In this document: piece after piece, positions 44,144 to 54,250 of the stretch
Numbering within the stretch: the stretch's first letter is position 1
Layout of the letters: every line of letters begins with the position of its first letter
Source of the DNA: an uncultured Planctomycetota bacterium
GTDB lineage: Bacteria > Planctomycetota > Planctomycetia > Pirellulales > Lacipirellulaceae
Reading direction: 5' to 3'
Assembly (NCBI GenBank): GCA_963719315.1
Contig: CAVRBU010000002.1
Location: 2,016,001-2,080,000 of the forward strand
DNA: 64,000 nt
Translations under genes and position numbers: made by a program
The notes under the pieces: generated by a model
Told to the model about the DNA's origin: nothing
Databases searched by the model: none
What the model saw: the letters and a program-made list of their open reading frames with translations, nothing else

Positions 44144-44565
44144 AGTCTGTGTCTCCTCACAAAGCAGTCGAGGGATTACTGCTTGGGTCGGGTCGTCTGA
44201 TTTTCCGATTCAGACATTATTGGCGGGGCCTCGACCTGGCGCGGCGGTTCGGCTGGCAATCTGCATGTGGCATTTTGCCAACCTGCGGCGCTGCTAGCAG
44301 GTCGATTCGGATCTGGCTCGTACCAGGGCGGTCGAGCGGGCAGGCTGAGCAACTCTACATTGCGGCGGACAATGTGCAACCGCTCGCGGTGTTTTTTTCC
44401 CACAAGCATTTGACAGGCGCGGTGCATAGACGGCACGCGGAGTTTATCTTTCCCAACGCATAAATTTTCCCATGTGGTAGAGTTTCAACGCGGCCATTCA
44501 ATCCTGAGAATCCCATTTTGCGATTAGGTTTATACCGAACATGTCGATACTCAACTTGATGACGA

Positions 44566-45621
44566 TTGCCACGATTTTTTCGCAGGGCCGGTGCTGCCGG
44601 TTATATCGCGCTGGCCGTGACGGTCGTCGCTGCGAGTTGGGCTGCGTCGCCCGTGCGCGCTGCGGAAGAGCCGGCGACAACAAGCATTGCGGCTCGCGGC
44701 AGCGTGTTCTGCAACGGCATTCGGCCACAGGACGAAATCGCGCTGGTCAACATCCGCGGCATTTGTGGCTGCGAACCCGAAGCAATGCGAGCCGGAATTC
44801 GGGTTGAGAAATATGCAGTGTGCGACGAGGCGGGCAACCGCCGGTGGGAGCCCAGCGATCTCGAAAATTTTTTGGCGTTTGACCCCGCGGTGCCGACTGT
44901 GTTTTTCGTGCACGGCAACCAGATGTCGCAGTGGGAAGCGAAATGTGCAGGGGTGATCGTTTATCGCCGCGTGATTCGGCACGGTTGCGACGCGCCGCCC
45001 ATTCGGTATGTGATCCTCTCGTGGCCGTCGTCCAAGATCAGCGGCGGCCTGCTCTACGACATCCGCGTCAAGGCCGCCCGCACCGGGCCTGCCGGCTGCC
45101 AACTGGCGTGGCTCATCGACCAGATGCCGGCCGAAACGCCCGTCTCGCTCGTCGGCTTCAGCTTCGGCGCGCGGATCATTACGGGCAGCCTGCACGTGCT
45201 GGCCGGCGGCTCGCTCGGCGGTTCGATGTGCCTCACCGAGCACATTCATCCCAACCGCTCGCCCATCAGCGCGATTATGTTGGCCAGCGCGCTCCACGCC
45301 CATTGGCTGGGTAACGGTCAATATCATGGGTTGGCCATGACGCAGGTCAGCCGGATGTTTCTCATCAATAATTGCGACGATCTGGCGATGAAGTACTACG
45401 ATTACATCGAGCCTGGCTTTGGCGGACCGCAAGCGTTGGGGCTCTGCGGACCGACGTGCATCAGTGCGGAAAATGCCCACAAGATCAGGATGCGCGACGT
45501 GAGTTGCAGCGTTGGTGATGAACACGATCTGATGCGGTATATCTGCGCTCCCGGCGATGCGGGACTGATCTGGGAATACACGGCCGGGGCCGCGGAAGTC
45601 GAAGTAAAATCGGGCGGCTGA
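44566..45621 (+). CDS. Secreted alpha/beta hydrolase (DUF900-like), Cys-rich
   Basis: Signal peptide; FVHGN, LSWPS, nucleophile elbow GFSFG, late His (EHDL). Confidence 0.7.
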   Translation: MPRFFRRAGAAGYIALAVTVVAASWAASPVRAAEEPATTSIAARGSVFCNGIRPQDEIALVNIRGICGCEPEAMRAGIRVEKYAVCDEAGNRRWEPSDLENFLAFDPAVPTVFFVHGNQMSQWEAKCAGVIVYRRVIRHGCDAPPIRYVILSWPSSKISGGLLYDIRVKAARTGPAGCQLAWLIDQMPAETPVSLVGFSFGARIITGSLHVLAGGSLGGSMCLTEHIHPNRSPISAIMLASALHAHWLGNGQYHGLAMTQVSRMFLINNCDDLAMKYYDYIEPGFGGPQALGLCGPTCISAENAHKIRMRDVSCSVGDEHDLMRYICAPGDAGLIWEYTAGAAEVEVKSGG

Positions 45622-45627
45622 GTTTTT

Positions 45628-45702
45628 GTAGGGTGGGTCGAGTTGCGAGACCCACCGTTTTTGCGGGATACGTGGTGGGTCTCGCAACTCGACCCACCCT
45701 AC
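45628..45702. repeat. GTAG-type REP doublet
   Basis: GTAGGGTGGGTCGAGTTGCGAGACCCACC ... GGTGGGTCTCGCAACTCGACCCACCCTAC. Confidence 0.85.
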
Positions 45703-45758
45703 TCACACGGATCGTTGTCGCCCCTGACCGCGCGTCCGTGGCCAACTATACTGGCCTG

Positions 45759-46658
45759 ATGGACAACGTTCAGGCGTATTTGAATGGCGAGTGGATAGCC
45801 GGGTCGCAACTGTGCGTTCCGGTGGATGATGCTGGCTTCCTGTTGGGCGCGACGGTCACGGAACGCCTCCGGACGTTTCGCGGCCAAATCTTTCGGCTCG
45901 ATGAACACTTATCGCGGCTCCGTGGTTCGCTGGCGATCATGGGCTTGGACAGTGTGGCGATTGCGGACGAGGTCGCCCAAGCGGCGCCCCAGTTTCTGCG
46001 GCGCAACCGCGGTCTCATCGATCCCGACGATGATTGGTCGATCATCGCGTTTGCGACTCCCGGCGCGGCGGGCAGCGGCCGGCCGACGGTGTGTGTCTAC
46101 GGTCACCCGCTGCCGTTTCGGTCGTGGGCGGCGCAGTTCGAAACGGGCCTGCCCGTGGTCGTGAGCACCATCCGCCAGGTGCCGACCAATTGCTGGCCAG
46201 CCGAACTCAAGTGCCGCAGCCGGATGCACTATTACCTCGCCGATCGCGAAGCGGCGGAAAAGCGGCCCGGCGCTCGGGCCATTCTGCTCGATCAGGAGGG
46301 CTACGTCGCCGAGGGCACGACCGCCAATGTGATTGTGTTCCGCGAAGGCGAAGGACTCGTTTCGCCACCACACGAACACATCTTATTTGGCGTCAGCTTG
46401 GGAGTGGTTCAGGAGCTGGCCGCAAAGCTCAATGTGCCGTTCGCGACGCGGCCTCTGTCGGTACAAGACTTTCGCTTGTCCAACGAAGCGATGCTGGCCA
46501 GCACGTCGATTTGCGTGCTACCCATTGTCGAATGCGATGGCCAGCGCATCGGTGACGGCCGCCCCGGCCCGGTCTATCGCCGACTCCTCGCCGCGTGGGG
46601 CGAGCTCGTGGGCGTCGACATTGCGCAACAAGCACGCCGGTTTGCCGCGCGAAGCTGA
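45759..46658 (+). CDS. Class IV aminotransferase (IlvE/PabC-like)
   Basis: AYLNGEW, FRLDEHLSRL, ELKCRSR, EGTTANV, IGDGRPGP. Confidence 0.88.
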   Translation: MDNVQAYLNGEWIAGSQLCVPVDDAGFLLGATVTERLRTFRGQIFRLDEHLSRLRGSLAIMGLDSVAIADEVAQAAPQFLRRNRGLIDPDDDWSIIAFATPGAAGSGRPTVCVYGHPLPFRSWAAQFETGLPVVVSTIRQVPTNCWPAELKCRSRMHYYLADREAAEKRPGARAILLDQEGYVAEGTTANVIVFREGEGLVSPPHEHILFGVSLGVVQELAAKLNVPFATRPLSVQDFRLSNEAMLASTSICVLPIVECDGQRIGDGRPGPVYRRLLAAWGELVGVDIAQQARRFAARS

Positions 46659-46728
46659 ACTCGCAAGAGTTCAACCGTTCGTCGCGATATCTGAATGCTT
46701 GTGAATCCAGCTACTCGACGTTCCGCAA

Positions 46729-47010
46729 CTACGCCGCACCGCGCTTCAGCCGATCGGCGGAAAGCTGACGGCTGGTTTTTGGCGCACCGGCTGCGTTCGT
46801 AGCCGTTGGCTGCGGCCGCCGCCAGCGCTGCAAGCCTGCATAGGCAACGACGATGCCGATGCCGACGAGCGCTAGCGCCAGCGAGGTCGGCTCGTTCGGC
46901 AGAATCGCCGGACCGGTCGCCTGCACTGGCGAGGCATTCACCAAGGCAGGATCCCAGGTGGACCCATCGGGGAAAAGCGTCGTGGAGAGAGAGATAATCG
47001 AGCTCAACAT
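46729..47010 (-). CDS. Very small protein with PEP-CTERM-like segment
   Basis: LPNEPTSLALALVGIGIVVAYAGLQRWRR; RBS AAGGAA. Confidence 0.5.
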   Translation of the reverse strand: MLSSIISLSTTLFPDGSTWDPALVNASPVQATGPAILPNEPTSLALALVGIGIVVAYAGLQRWRRPQPTATNAAGAPKTSRQLSADRLKRGAA

Positions 47011-47208
47011 GGCAGACGTTCCTTGTCTGGTGCCAGGAATGGCGGCAGCGCGTTGTAGTCTATAGCCGATGTGCGACATTTAAGCCACGTCAATTGGAAT
47101 TGCTCTTTGTGCCCGCGCTCGATTTTGCTACTTGTTGCCGCCCAATGCTGCGCGCCGAGTGCGCCGCGGCCCCATCCCCTGCGAACCCTGTTGGCAAGGC
47201 AAAGCAAT

Positions 47209-49838
47209 ATGGCTGGAAAGATGCGATTCGCCGCAAAGCTGTTTCTTGGTACGAGCGTGCTAGCTTCGGGTGGCGGTGGTGCATATTACTACACGTTGCA
47301 CGGCTGGCAGCTGCCAGCGTTTGTGCAACGGGAACAGGCGCCGGCCGTTGCCGCCGCGGACCTCGATGCAGTCGCAAGCGCGTGGGCCGAGCCGACTTCG
47401 CCGCGTTCGGTGGGCAACAGTCTTTCGAGCCCGGTGGCGCGCTCAGCCACGCCCGTGCTGGCGGCGAGCGACAAGAAACCGGCGCCGGCGGCGGCTGGCG
47501 ATCGCTATGCCGCGGTCGTCGAACCGGTCGCCGAGGATTCCGAAATAGCTAAGCCTGCGACCGACACCCCGGTCGTAAAATCCAATGCTCCTTCGGCGTC
47601 GAGAGGAAAAGCCGATGCAGAAGCGCCCATTGTCGCCCAACACGACGCAGAGCCAAGCGACAAATCGGCCGCGACCGACGAAAATGAGCCGACGCCGGCA
47701 GCCGATGTTCAGCCGCTGACTCCGACTTCGCAAACCACAGCGGCGGATGACGCGAAATCAGAGGACGAAGCGACGGTTGCGCCCGTGGTGGTTGCCGCTT
47801 CGGCGGAGACCGCACTGGCCCGCGGACAGGAACTCAAGGACGACTTGACTGCGAAAGCAAGTGATCCTTCGAGCGACGTCGGTACAGCGATCGACGCGCT
47901 GACGACCGACCGCAAGCCGCTGACTGAGCCGAAACCGTTGGGCGACCTCAGACCGCAATCTGGTTTGAGCAGCACCTCGCAGACCGCGAAGCAGGCGTTC
48001 AACAACGCGGCCCCGCCGACGCCCGGAGATCGATACTCGGATTCGGCTCCGCCGGCCCGAGAGGCGCAATCGTCGACCAATGGCAGCGCTGCCCCGAACC
48101 CGTTCACCGCGCGATCTGCGACTGCGGCGCCGGTCAATTCCAACAATTCCCGCAGCGAAACGATTCAGCCGCTTCAGCCGCCGTCCGACGACATTGGTAA
48201 CCGCCTCAGTAATCTGCCGGCGAGCAACGGCGGATTGCGCCCACTCGAAAGCGACAGCAATCCAAATTCATTCAATCGAGACGCGCCGCCACGAGCGCCG
48301 ATTGGTTCGATCCCACCGCGCAAAGCCAGGGCGGCCCGTATGGTCGCTCGATGCCGGCCGCGAACCAGGCCAATCAATTGTCGAGAAACGGTGTCGGCCC
48401 GACCAACACCATCAGCTCAACCTCGCTTCCCGCGACCGACGGCACCGGCAAGCCGGGCGAAAAAGCGCTCGAAGGGCCGCAGCAGCCAACGCTGGTCATC
48501 CAAAAGTTCGCGCCGAGCGAAATCCAAGTCGGCAAGACGGCGAAGTTCGTGGTGCAGATTCGCAACGTCGGTTCGCAGTCGGCCGACGACGTACTGGTTC
48601 GCGACGAAATTCCGCTAGGAACGAAGCTCGTCAGCACGTCGCCCAACGCCACGACCGAAGGCAGCCACCTCGTGTGGCAGATCGGCAAGCTCTCGCCGGG
48701 CGAGGACCGCTCGGTCGAAATGCAACTGATGCCCACCACGGAAGGCGAAATCGGCAGCGTGGCCACCGTCTCCTACACGGCCCAGGCCTCGGTGAAAACG
48801 AAGTGCACGATGCCGCAGTTGGCGATCCGCATGACGGCCCCGAGCGAAGTCATGATCGGCAACCAGCAGCATGTGAAAATTGAAATCAAGAATCCGGGCA
48901 GCGGCGACGCGACCCACGTGATGCTCTTCGAAAACGTGCCGGATAACGTCAAACATCCGGCCGGCCCGGCGCTCGAATTCGAAATCGGCACGCTGCATCC
49001 CGGTGAAACCCGCGAGCTCGACCTGGTGCTCACCGCCGAAAAGGCGGGCAAAGTGCTCAATACGCTCACCGCCAAAGCCGAGGGCAACCTGCAAGTTCAA
49101 CAGCAGGTGGAATTCGAAGTGATCGCCCCGGCCCTGTCGATCGCTCTCGAAGGGCCCGAGCGCCGCTACTTGGAGCGGCCGGCGACGTATGAAGTGAGCG
49201 TGCAAAACCCCGGCACGGCGGCGGCGCACGATGTGCAAATCGTCACCAAGCTGCCCAAGGGAATGCGCTTCGTGCGGGCGAACAACATGGGCGAGTACGA
49301 TGCGGCCACGCACGCCGTCTATTGGAGCTTGGCCGAGCTGCCGAAGGGCGAGAGCGGCTCCGTCGAGCTGGTGGCGATGCCGACCGAGACCGGGCCGCAA
49401 ATGTTGGAGGTCGAGGGCCACGCGCAGCAAGGGCTTGCCGACCACAAGCAACGCGAAATCGTGGTCGAAGGTTTGGCCGCCATCATGTTCGAGGTCAAAG
49501 ATCTCGAAGATCCGATCGAAGTCGGCGGCGAAACGGGCTACGAGATTCGCGTCGTCAATCAAGGCACTAAAGCGGCCACGAACGTGCAGATCGCGGTCGA
49601 TCTGCCCCCCGGCCTGAAGGTGATTTCGGCCGAGGGCGAGTCGGCACACAAAATTCAAGACGGCCGCCTGATCTTCGAGCCTCTGCAACAACTCGCGCCG
49701 AAGGCCGACACGGTCTACCGCATTCGTGCCCAAGGCCTACAACCGGGCGATCAACGGATCACCGTGCAGCTCAACACGGATGACCTGGAACACCCGATCC
49801 GCAAAGAAGAAAGCACGCGGGTGTTTGGGGATCAATGA
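47209..49838 (+). CDS. OmcB-like DUF11-repeat protein with long Ala/Pro/Ser/Thr linker; frameshift ~48320-48350
   Basis: N-terminal TM; Ig-like repeats IRNVGSQSADDVLVRD, IKNPGSGDATHV, VQNPGTAAAHDV, VVNQGTKAATNV. Confidence 0.8.
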
Positions 49839-49931
49839 TCGGTCCGCGGCCCAAGAATTGCCGACCAGGATAGTGTCGCAAACCGGGCTATCGTTGTGTC
49901 CGCAGCGTAGTCGGCATGGTAGAATTGAGGT

Positions 49932-50141
49932 ATGAGCCAAGCATTCGACCATCTCGTTGAACAGCTCCGCGAGCTTTCGCTGCAAGAAAAAAACACTTTG
50001 CGCATGATTCTCGACCGCGAATCGAAAGAGAAGAAATCTAGTGCGGCAGCCGTCTCAGCGTTTGGATGGGCAAGAGGGCGACTTGCCATAGGCCCTGATT
50101 TCGATGAGCCGATCGACGACTTCAAGGACTACGTCGCTTGA
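49932..50141 (+). CDS. Antitoxin (DUF2281/VapB-like)
   Basis: C-terminal FGWARGRLAIGPDFDEPIDDFKDY; overlaps the PIN gene. Confidence 0.78.
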   Translation: MSQAFDHLVEQLRELSLQEKNTLRMILDRESKEKKSSAAAVSAFGWARGRLAIGPDFDEPIDDFKDYVA

Positions 50142-50524
50142 AATTGCTGCTCGATACCCATGCCTTTCTCTGGTACTGCGCCGGTGATGCACAATTGAGC
50201 GATCGTGCAAAGGCCGCCATTGAAAGTAGTGGTAATGATCGCCTTCTCAGCGTTGCGTCGCTGATCGAAATCGCCATAAAAATCAGTCTGGGGCGACTTT
50301 CGCTGTCCATGCCGTTCCAAAGCTTCGTGGCTGATGGCATAGAACGAATGCGATGTTCAATTATGCAATTGACGCCAGCCCATTTGGAGAAGTTGAGCTT
50401 GATGCCGTTTCATCATCGAGACCCGTTCGACCGGCTACTTGTTGCACAGGCCATGCTCGATGATCTCGACATCCTCAGCATCGACAAAGAGCTGGATGCG
50501 TACGGCATTCGAAGGTATTGGTAG
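50138..50524 (+). CDS. vapC: PIN-domain VapC toxin
   Basis: LLLDTHAFLW, SVASLIEIAIK, HRDPFDRLLVAQA. Confidence 0.92.
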   Translation: MKLLLDTHAFLWYCAGDAQLSDRAKAAIESSGNDRLLSVASLIEIAIKISLGRLSLSMPFQSFVADGIERMRCSIMQLTPAHLEKLSLMPFHHRDPFDRLLVAQAMLDDLDILSIDKELDAYGIRRYW

Positions 50525-50540
50525 ATGAAGGCTCGCCCAC

Positions 50541-51473
50541 TCATGCGCCCATCAAGCCGCGGAGATGTGCTTCGACGCACTCGGCCAGCACCGGTGGATT
50601 GTAACCGCCTTCCAATAGGCTCACGATCCGGCCGGCGGCGTGGACCGCGGCCACGTCGCTGACGATTTGCGTAAGCGCGGCGAAGTCTTCGACCTCCAGG
50701 CCGAGCGAGCCGATCGGGTCGGCGCGGTGGCTGTCGAAGCCGGCGCTCAGCAGCACGAGTTGCGGGCGAAAGCGGGAGGCCAGTTTTTCGAGTTCGGCGG
50801 CAAATCGCTCGCGATACGATTCGCGCGGCGTTCCAAACGTGACCGGCAAATTCACCGTCGCGCCGAGCCCATCGCCCGTCCCGGTTTCGTCGACGGCGCC
50901 GGTGCCTGGGTAAAACGGCCAGCGGTGAATCGAGAGGAAGCCGACGCGTCCATCGGCGTAAAAAATGTCCTGCGTACCGTTGCCGTGGTGGACGTCCCAA
51001 TCGACAACGAGCACGCGGTCGAGTTGATGCTCGTCACGGGCCACCGCGGCCGCAATCGCGATGCTGTTAAAGAGGCAAAATCCCATCGCGCGTTCCGAAA
51101 GGGCATGGTGGCCGGGCGGACGGACAAGGCACAGGGCCGTTTTCGCTTCGCTGGCGAGCACGCGATCAACCGCGTCGCACGCCGCGCCTGCTGCCAGCGT
51201 GGCGACGTCGTAGGATGCTGGACTGACGACTGTATCTGAGTCAATGAATCCGCCGCCGCGCGCGGCAAGAGCGGTGATGCGATCCATGTGACGTGGCTCA
51301 TGCACGCGCTCCAACCGTGCGCGAGAAACCGGCTCCCAGGAGGGGCGATCACAATTGGCGGTCAGTCCGGTCGCGTCCAGGCGGGCGATGATCTGCCGCA
51401 GCCGCTCCGGCCGTTCCAGGTGACGGCCAGTGTCGTGGTCCAAGAATCGAGGATCGTAATACAGGAGCGTCAT
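50541..51473 (-). CDS. Histone deacetylase-family amidohydrolase
   Basis: HLERPERL, RPPGHHA, GFCLFN, DWDVHHGNGTQ, SAGFD, LEGGY. Confidence 0.95.
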   Translation of the reverse strand: MTLLYYDPRFLDHDTGRHLERPERLRQIIARLDATGLTANCDRPSWEPVSRARLERVHEPRHMDRITALAARGGGFIDSDTVVSPASYDVATLAAGAACDAVDRVLASEAKTALCLVRPPGHHALSERAMGFCLFNSIAIAAAVARDEHQLDRVLVVDWDVHHGNGTQDIFYADGRVGFLSIHRWPFYPGTGAVDETGTGDGLGATVNLPVTFGTPRESYRERFAAELEKLASRFRPQLVLLSAGFDSHRADPIGSLGLEVEDFAALTQIVSDVAAVHAAGRIVSLLEGGYNPPVLAECVEAHLRGLMGA

Positions 51474-51720
51474 GCGCGAGGGATTGGCGTGGACGTTCAA
51501 TTTGCGACGGGAAAACAAGCCTCAAACGGCGACGAGGGTGCGGGAGCGGACGCTGCAATAATAGCTGCCCGAACGCGCGAAAACTTGAACGGCGGCACCC
51601 ACCTTGGTACAGTGAAAATGGCGGTTTGCCTAGCCGCCCGGTGACTTATCTGGTTATGCGGGCTCGATTTGCGGCCAGATCGCAAAAGCCTTTTGGTTCT
51701 CGCCAGGAGATTTTCGCAAG

Positions 51721-53076
51721 ATGCAATGTACGCGGCGTTCCGATTTGAGCGGTGGCAGTTCCAGCGGTCGCGATCGCTTGCGGGCGCTTTTGCTTTCGAT
51801 TGCGGTCATGAGCGTCGCCTCGCAGGCGATCGGGCAAGAATGGTTTACCTTGCCGATTGACGACAAGGCTAGGAACGATCGCAATGTTGCCATGCAGTGT
51901 CTTAAGAAGACAGATTTCGATGACGGTGAAAAAGAGAGATTTATCAATTACTTTCAGAATTACTATTTTCCTGCGATGACGCGGACCGAGCCCGAAAAAC
52001 TCGGCGACCTCGGCAAATTGCGGGAAGACCTCTTCAAAAAAACTCTTTGGTCGGCATCGAACGCGCCAGCGCAGAAGGAGCTGACCAATCTCGCGTTCAA
52101 GGCAATGGGGCAAGTTGTGGGGGCCCAGAGTCCGGCCGCCCACCCAGCGGTGCGCTACAATGCAATTCTGGTTATCGGCCTACTCGATCAGAAATACTCT
52201 AATGGTCGCCAGCCGCCGGACCCGTTGGATGCGGCCGTTAAACCGTTGACGGCAGTTGTTGATATGGCCACGACCGACAATCGCTTTCCGCCGCCTGTGG
52301 TTTTGGGCGCCATCATCGGTCTCGAGCGTCACGCCCAATATCGGCAGTCGATGTCGCCCGAGGAGGTGAGCGCGATGTCGGCCGCGCTCTTGAAACTGGT
52401 AACGCACGAAGACCCGATTCATGAGATGGATCGCGACGCCTATTCTTGGATGCGGTTGCGAGCAGCCAGCGTTCTGGCCCGGCTCGGTAGCGTGGGTGAC
52501 AAGAACGCCGTTCACGACGCGATCATCAAGTTGGCCTCCGGCCGGAAGTCGATCGACGATCGGTGTGCTGCCGCCGCATTGCTGGAGAAACTGGAATACA
52601 AAGATGTGAAACTGGATGATGCCGGCACGGCCGAGCCGCTGTTCGCGCTGGCCCGCGATTTGGCGGCCGTCGAGGATCAGAAGGCCCTGGAATTTCAGAA
52701 CCAACAATACGCTGGTGGCGGCGGCACGGTGTCGGGCCGGTATGCTGGTCCCGGTTTCGAGGGCGGCATATCCGGGGGCACGGGCACGGAAACGCTCGAG
52801 ACATTTCCTCGCAGGCAAGTCCTGACTCGACTCCGCGATCTGCGCAGTGGTTTGGAAAAGGTGAAACCAGCCCTGCCGGAGGAGACGCAGAAGAAAGTCG
52901 ACGCGGTCATCGCGGCGCTCGATCCGGCGATTTCGGCGGCCTCCAATAAGGACACGGTCGAACTTACGCTCGTCGACGAGCTCCGCAAAATGGCGGAAGC
53001 GATCAACAGGGCCGTTCCCCCCGCGGAAAAAGCGGCGCCGGCGACCGACAAGCCCAAAGACGACAAGACGTTCTAA
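51721..53076 (+). CDS. Hypothetical secreted helical-repeat (HEAT-like) protein
   Basis: 451-aa ORF, signal-like segment, helical repeats (HPAVRYNAILVIG; MRLRAASVLARLG). Confidence 0.6.
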   Translation: MQCTRRSDLSGGSSSGRDRLRALLLSIAVMSVASQAIGQEWFTLPIDDKARNDRNVAMQCLKKTDFDDGEKERFINYFQNYYFPAMTRTEPEKLGDLGKLREDLFKKTLWSASNAPAQKELTNLAFKAMGQVVGAQSPAAHPAVRYNAILVIGLLDQKYSNGRQPPDPLDAAVKPLTAVVDMATTDNRFPPPVVLGAIIGLERHAQYRQSMSPEEVSAMSAALLKLVTHEDPIHEMDRDAYSWMRLRAASVLARLGSVGDKNAVHDAIIKLASGRKSIDDRCAAAALLEKLEYKDVKLDDAGTAEPLFALARDLAAVEDQKALEFQNQQYAGGGGTVSGRYAGPGFEGGISGGTGTETLETFPRRQVLTRLRDLRSGLEKVKPALPEETQKKVDAVIAALDPAISAASNKDTVELTLVDELRKMAEAINRAVPPAEKAAPATDKPKDDKTF

Positions 53077-53090
53077 TCGCTCGAACGGCG

Positions 53091-53657
53091 CTACTCGGCG
53101 AGTTCATTCACCCGCTGCCTGCGCCAACGCGGCGCGCCCGAGAGCGCCCAACAGCCGAGCAGCAGAGCGACGTAAAACACGTCGCCGGCGAGCATCCAGC
53201 GAAAGAACGGCACGGCGGCCCAATAGCATTGGCCCAAACCGGCCAGCGTCTTGGAATAGTCGCTCTGAAACGCCCAGACGGCGAAGTTCGTCACGATGTA
53301 AAACAGCGTCGCGGGAACGAACGCGAACAGCGCCCATTTCGCAGCGGCCCGCCATCGCGGTTGCTCGCCGCGCAGCAGCCGGCCGAGAAACACCGGCACG
53401 GTCATGATCGCGTAGGTCGCCAGCAGCACTGGGATGTTGTCGTGCGCCGGCAGTGCCAAATCGCTGATCGCGAGAATCGCGATTGGCACTAATGCCGCGA
53501 TGGCCACGCGCGAGAAATACATGCCGGCGAAGAGCGCCGCCGCGGCCGTGGGCGTGAAACACCACGCCGGTTCGCCCCACCGACCCGCCACGCCGATTGC
53601 AATCAGCAGGAAAAAAACCAACAAATCTTGCAGTGTGCGCTCTCGGTCCGGCTTCAT
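53091..53657 (-). CDS. DUF6580-like multi-TM putative (vitamin) transporter
   Basis: FTPTAAAALFAG, LFYIVTNFAVW, GLGQCYWAAVPFF. Confidence 0.72.
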   Translation of the reverse strand: MKPDRERTLQDLLVFFLLIAIGVAGRWGEPAWCFTPTAAAALFAGMYFSRVAIAALVPIAILAISDLALPAHDNIPVLLATYAIMTVPVFLGRLLRGEQPRWRAAAKWALFAFVPATLFYIVTNFAVWAFQSDYSKTLAGLGQCYWAAVPFFRWMLAGDVFYVALLLGCWALSGAPRWRRQRVNELAE

Positions 53658-53697
53658 CGCGGTGGCTCCCAATCAGGCGTTACTTGAACGCCCCATT

Positions 53698-54172
53698 TTA
53701 TCGCGGAGGCCCAAATGTCCACAAGACACGATCGCCTGGGATCAGCTTATACACCGCGAAACTCCGGTCGGCGCTCTGGTGATTGACCTCGTAAGTCCAA
53801 TTGTTGCCGCCGGCACCTTCATTGGCAAAGCCGTCGATTGCCGTCAAAAAGGCGGATTCGCCGGCGCCCCGCACCTTAAGCTTGAAATCGAGACGTCGAA
53901 TTCAATAGATCGGCGACTGTCATCCCCTCGTGCCACGCGAGCGGTTTGAAATCGCGCCGTCGGTTGTCGCCGAAATCTATGGCCAGAAAAACCTTTTCGT
54001 TGGCCGACACGCCCGCGGATTCTGCCGAGGCCAATTCATTTGACTGGGGCGTTGCTTCCCATTTCGTGCGGCTATGCCAGAGCAGAATCGCGGCCAGCAC
54101 CAGCACCAAGAGAACCGGCAACCGCCACCAGGCGCCGCACGCCGAACACGATTGTTGCGAGTTGCTTTGCAT
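53698..54172 (-). CDS. Membrane-anchored DUF4430 (transcobalamin C-terminal-like) protein; frameshift ~53895
   Basis: TM, then GMTVADLL; shifted frame gives FLTAIDGFANEG..NWTYEVN..GDRVLWTF*. Confidence 0.7.
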
Positions 54173-54250
54173 TGACCGTCTTATAGCGAAAAACGCGTTC
54201 GGCGTCACCGGGACTGCCCTCGCGTGCCTTTCTGCGGTATCCTATCTCGC

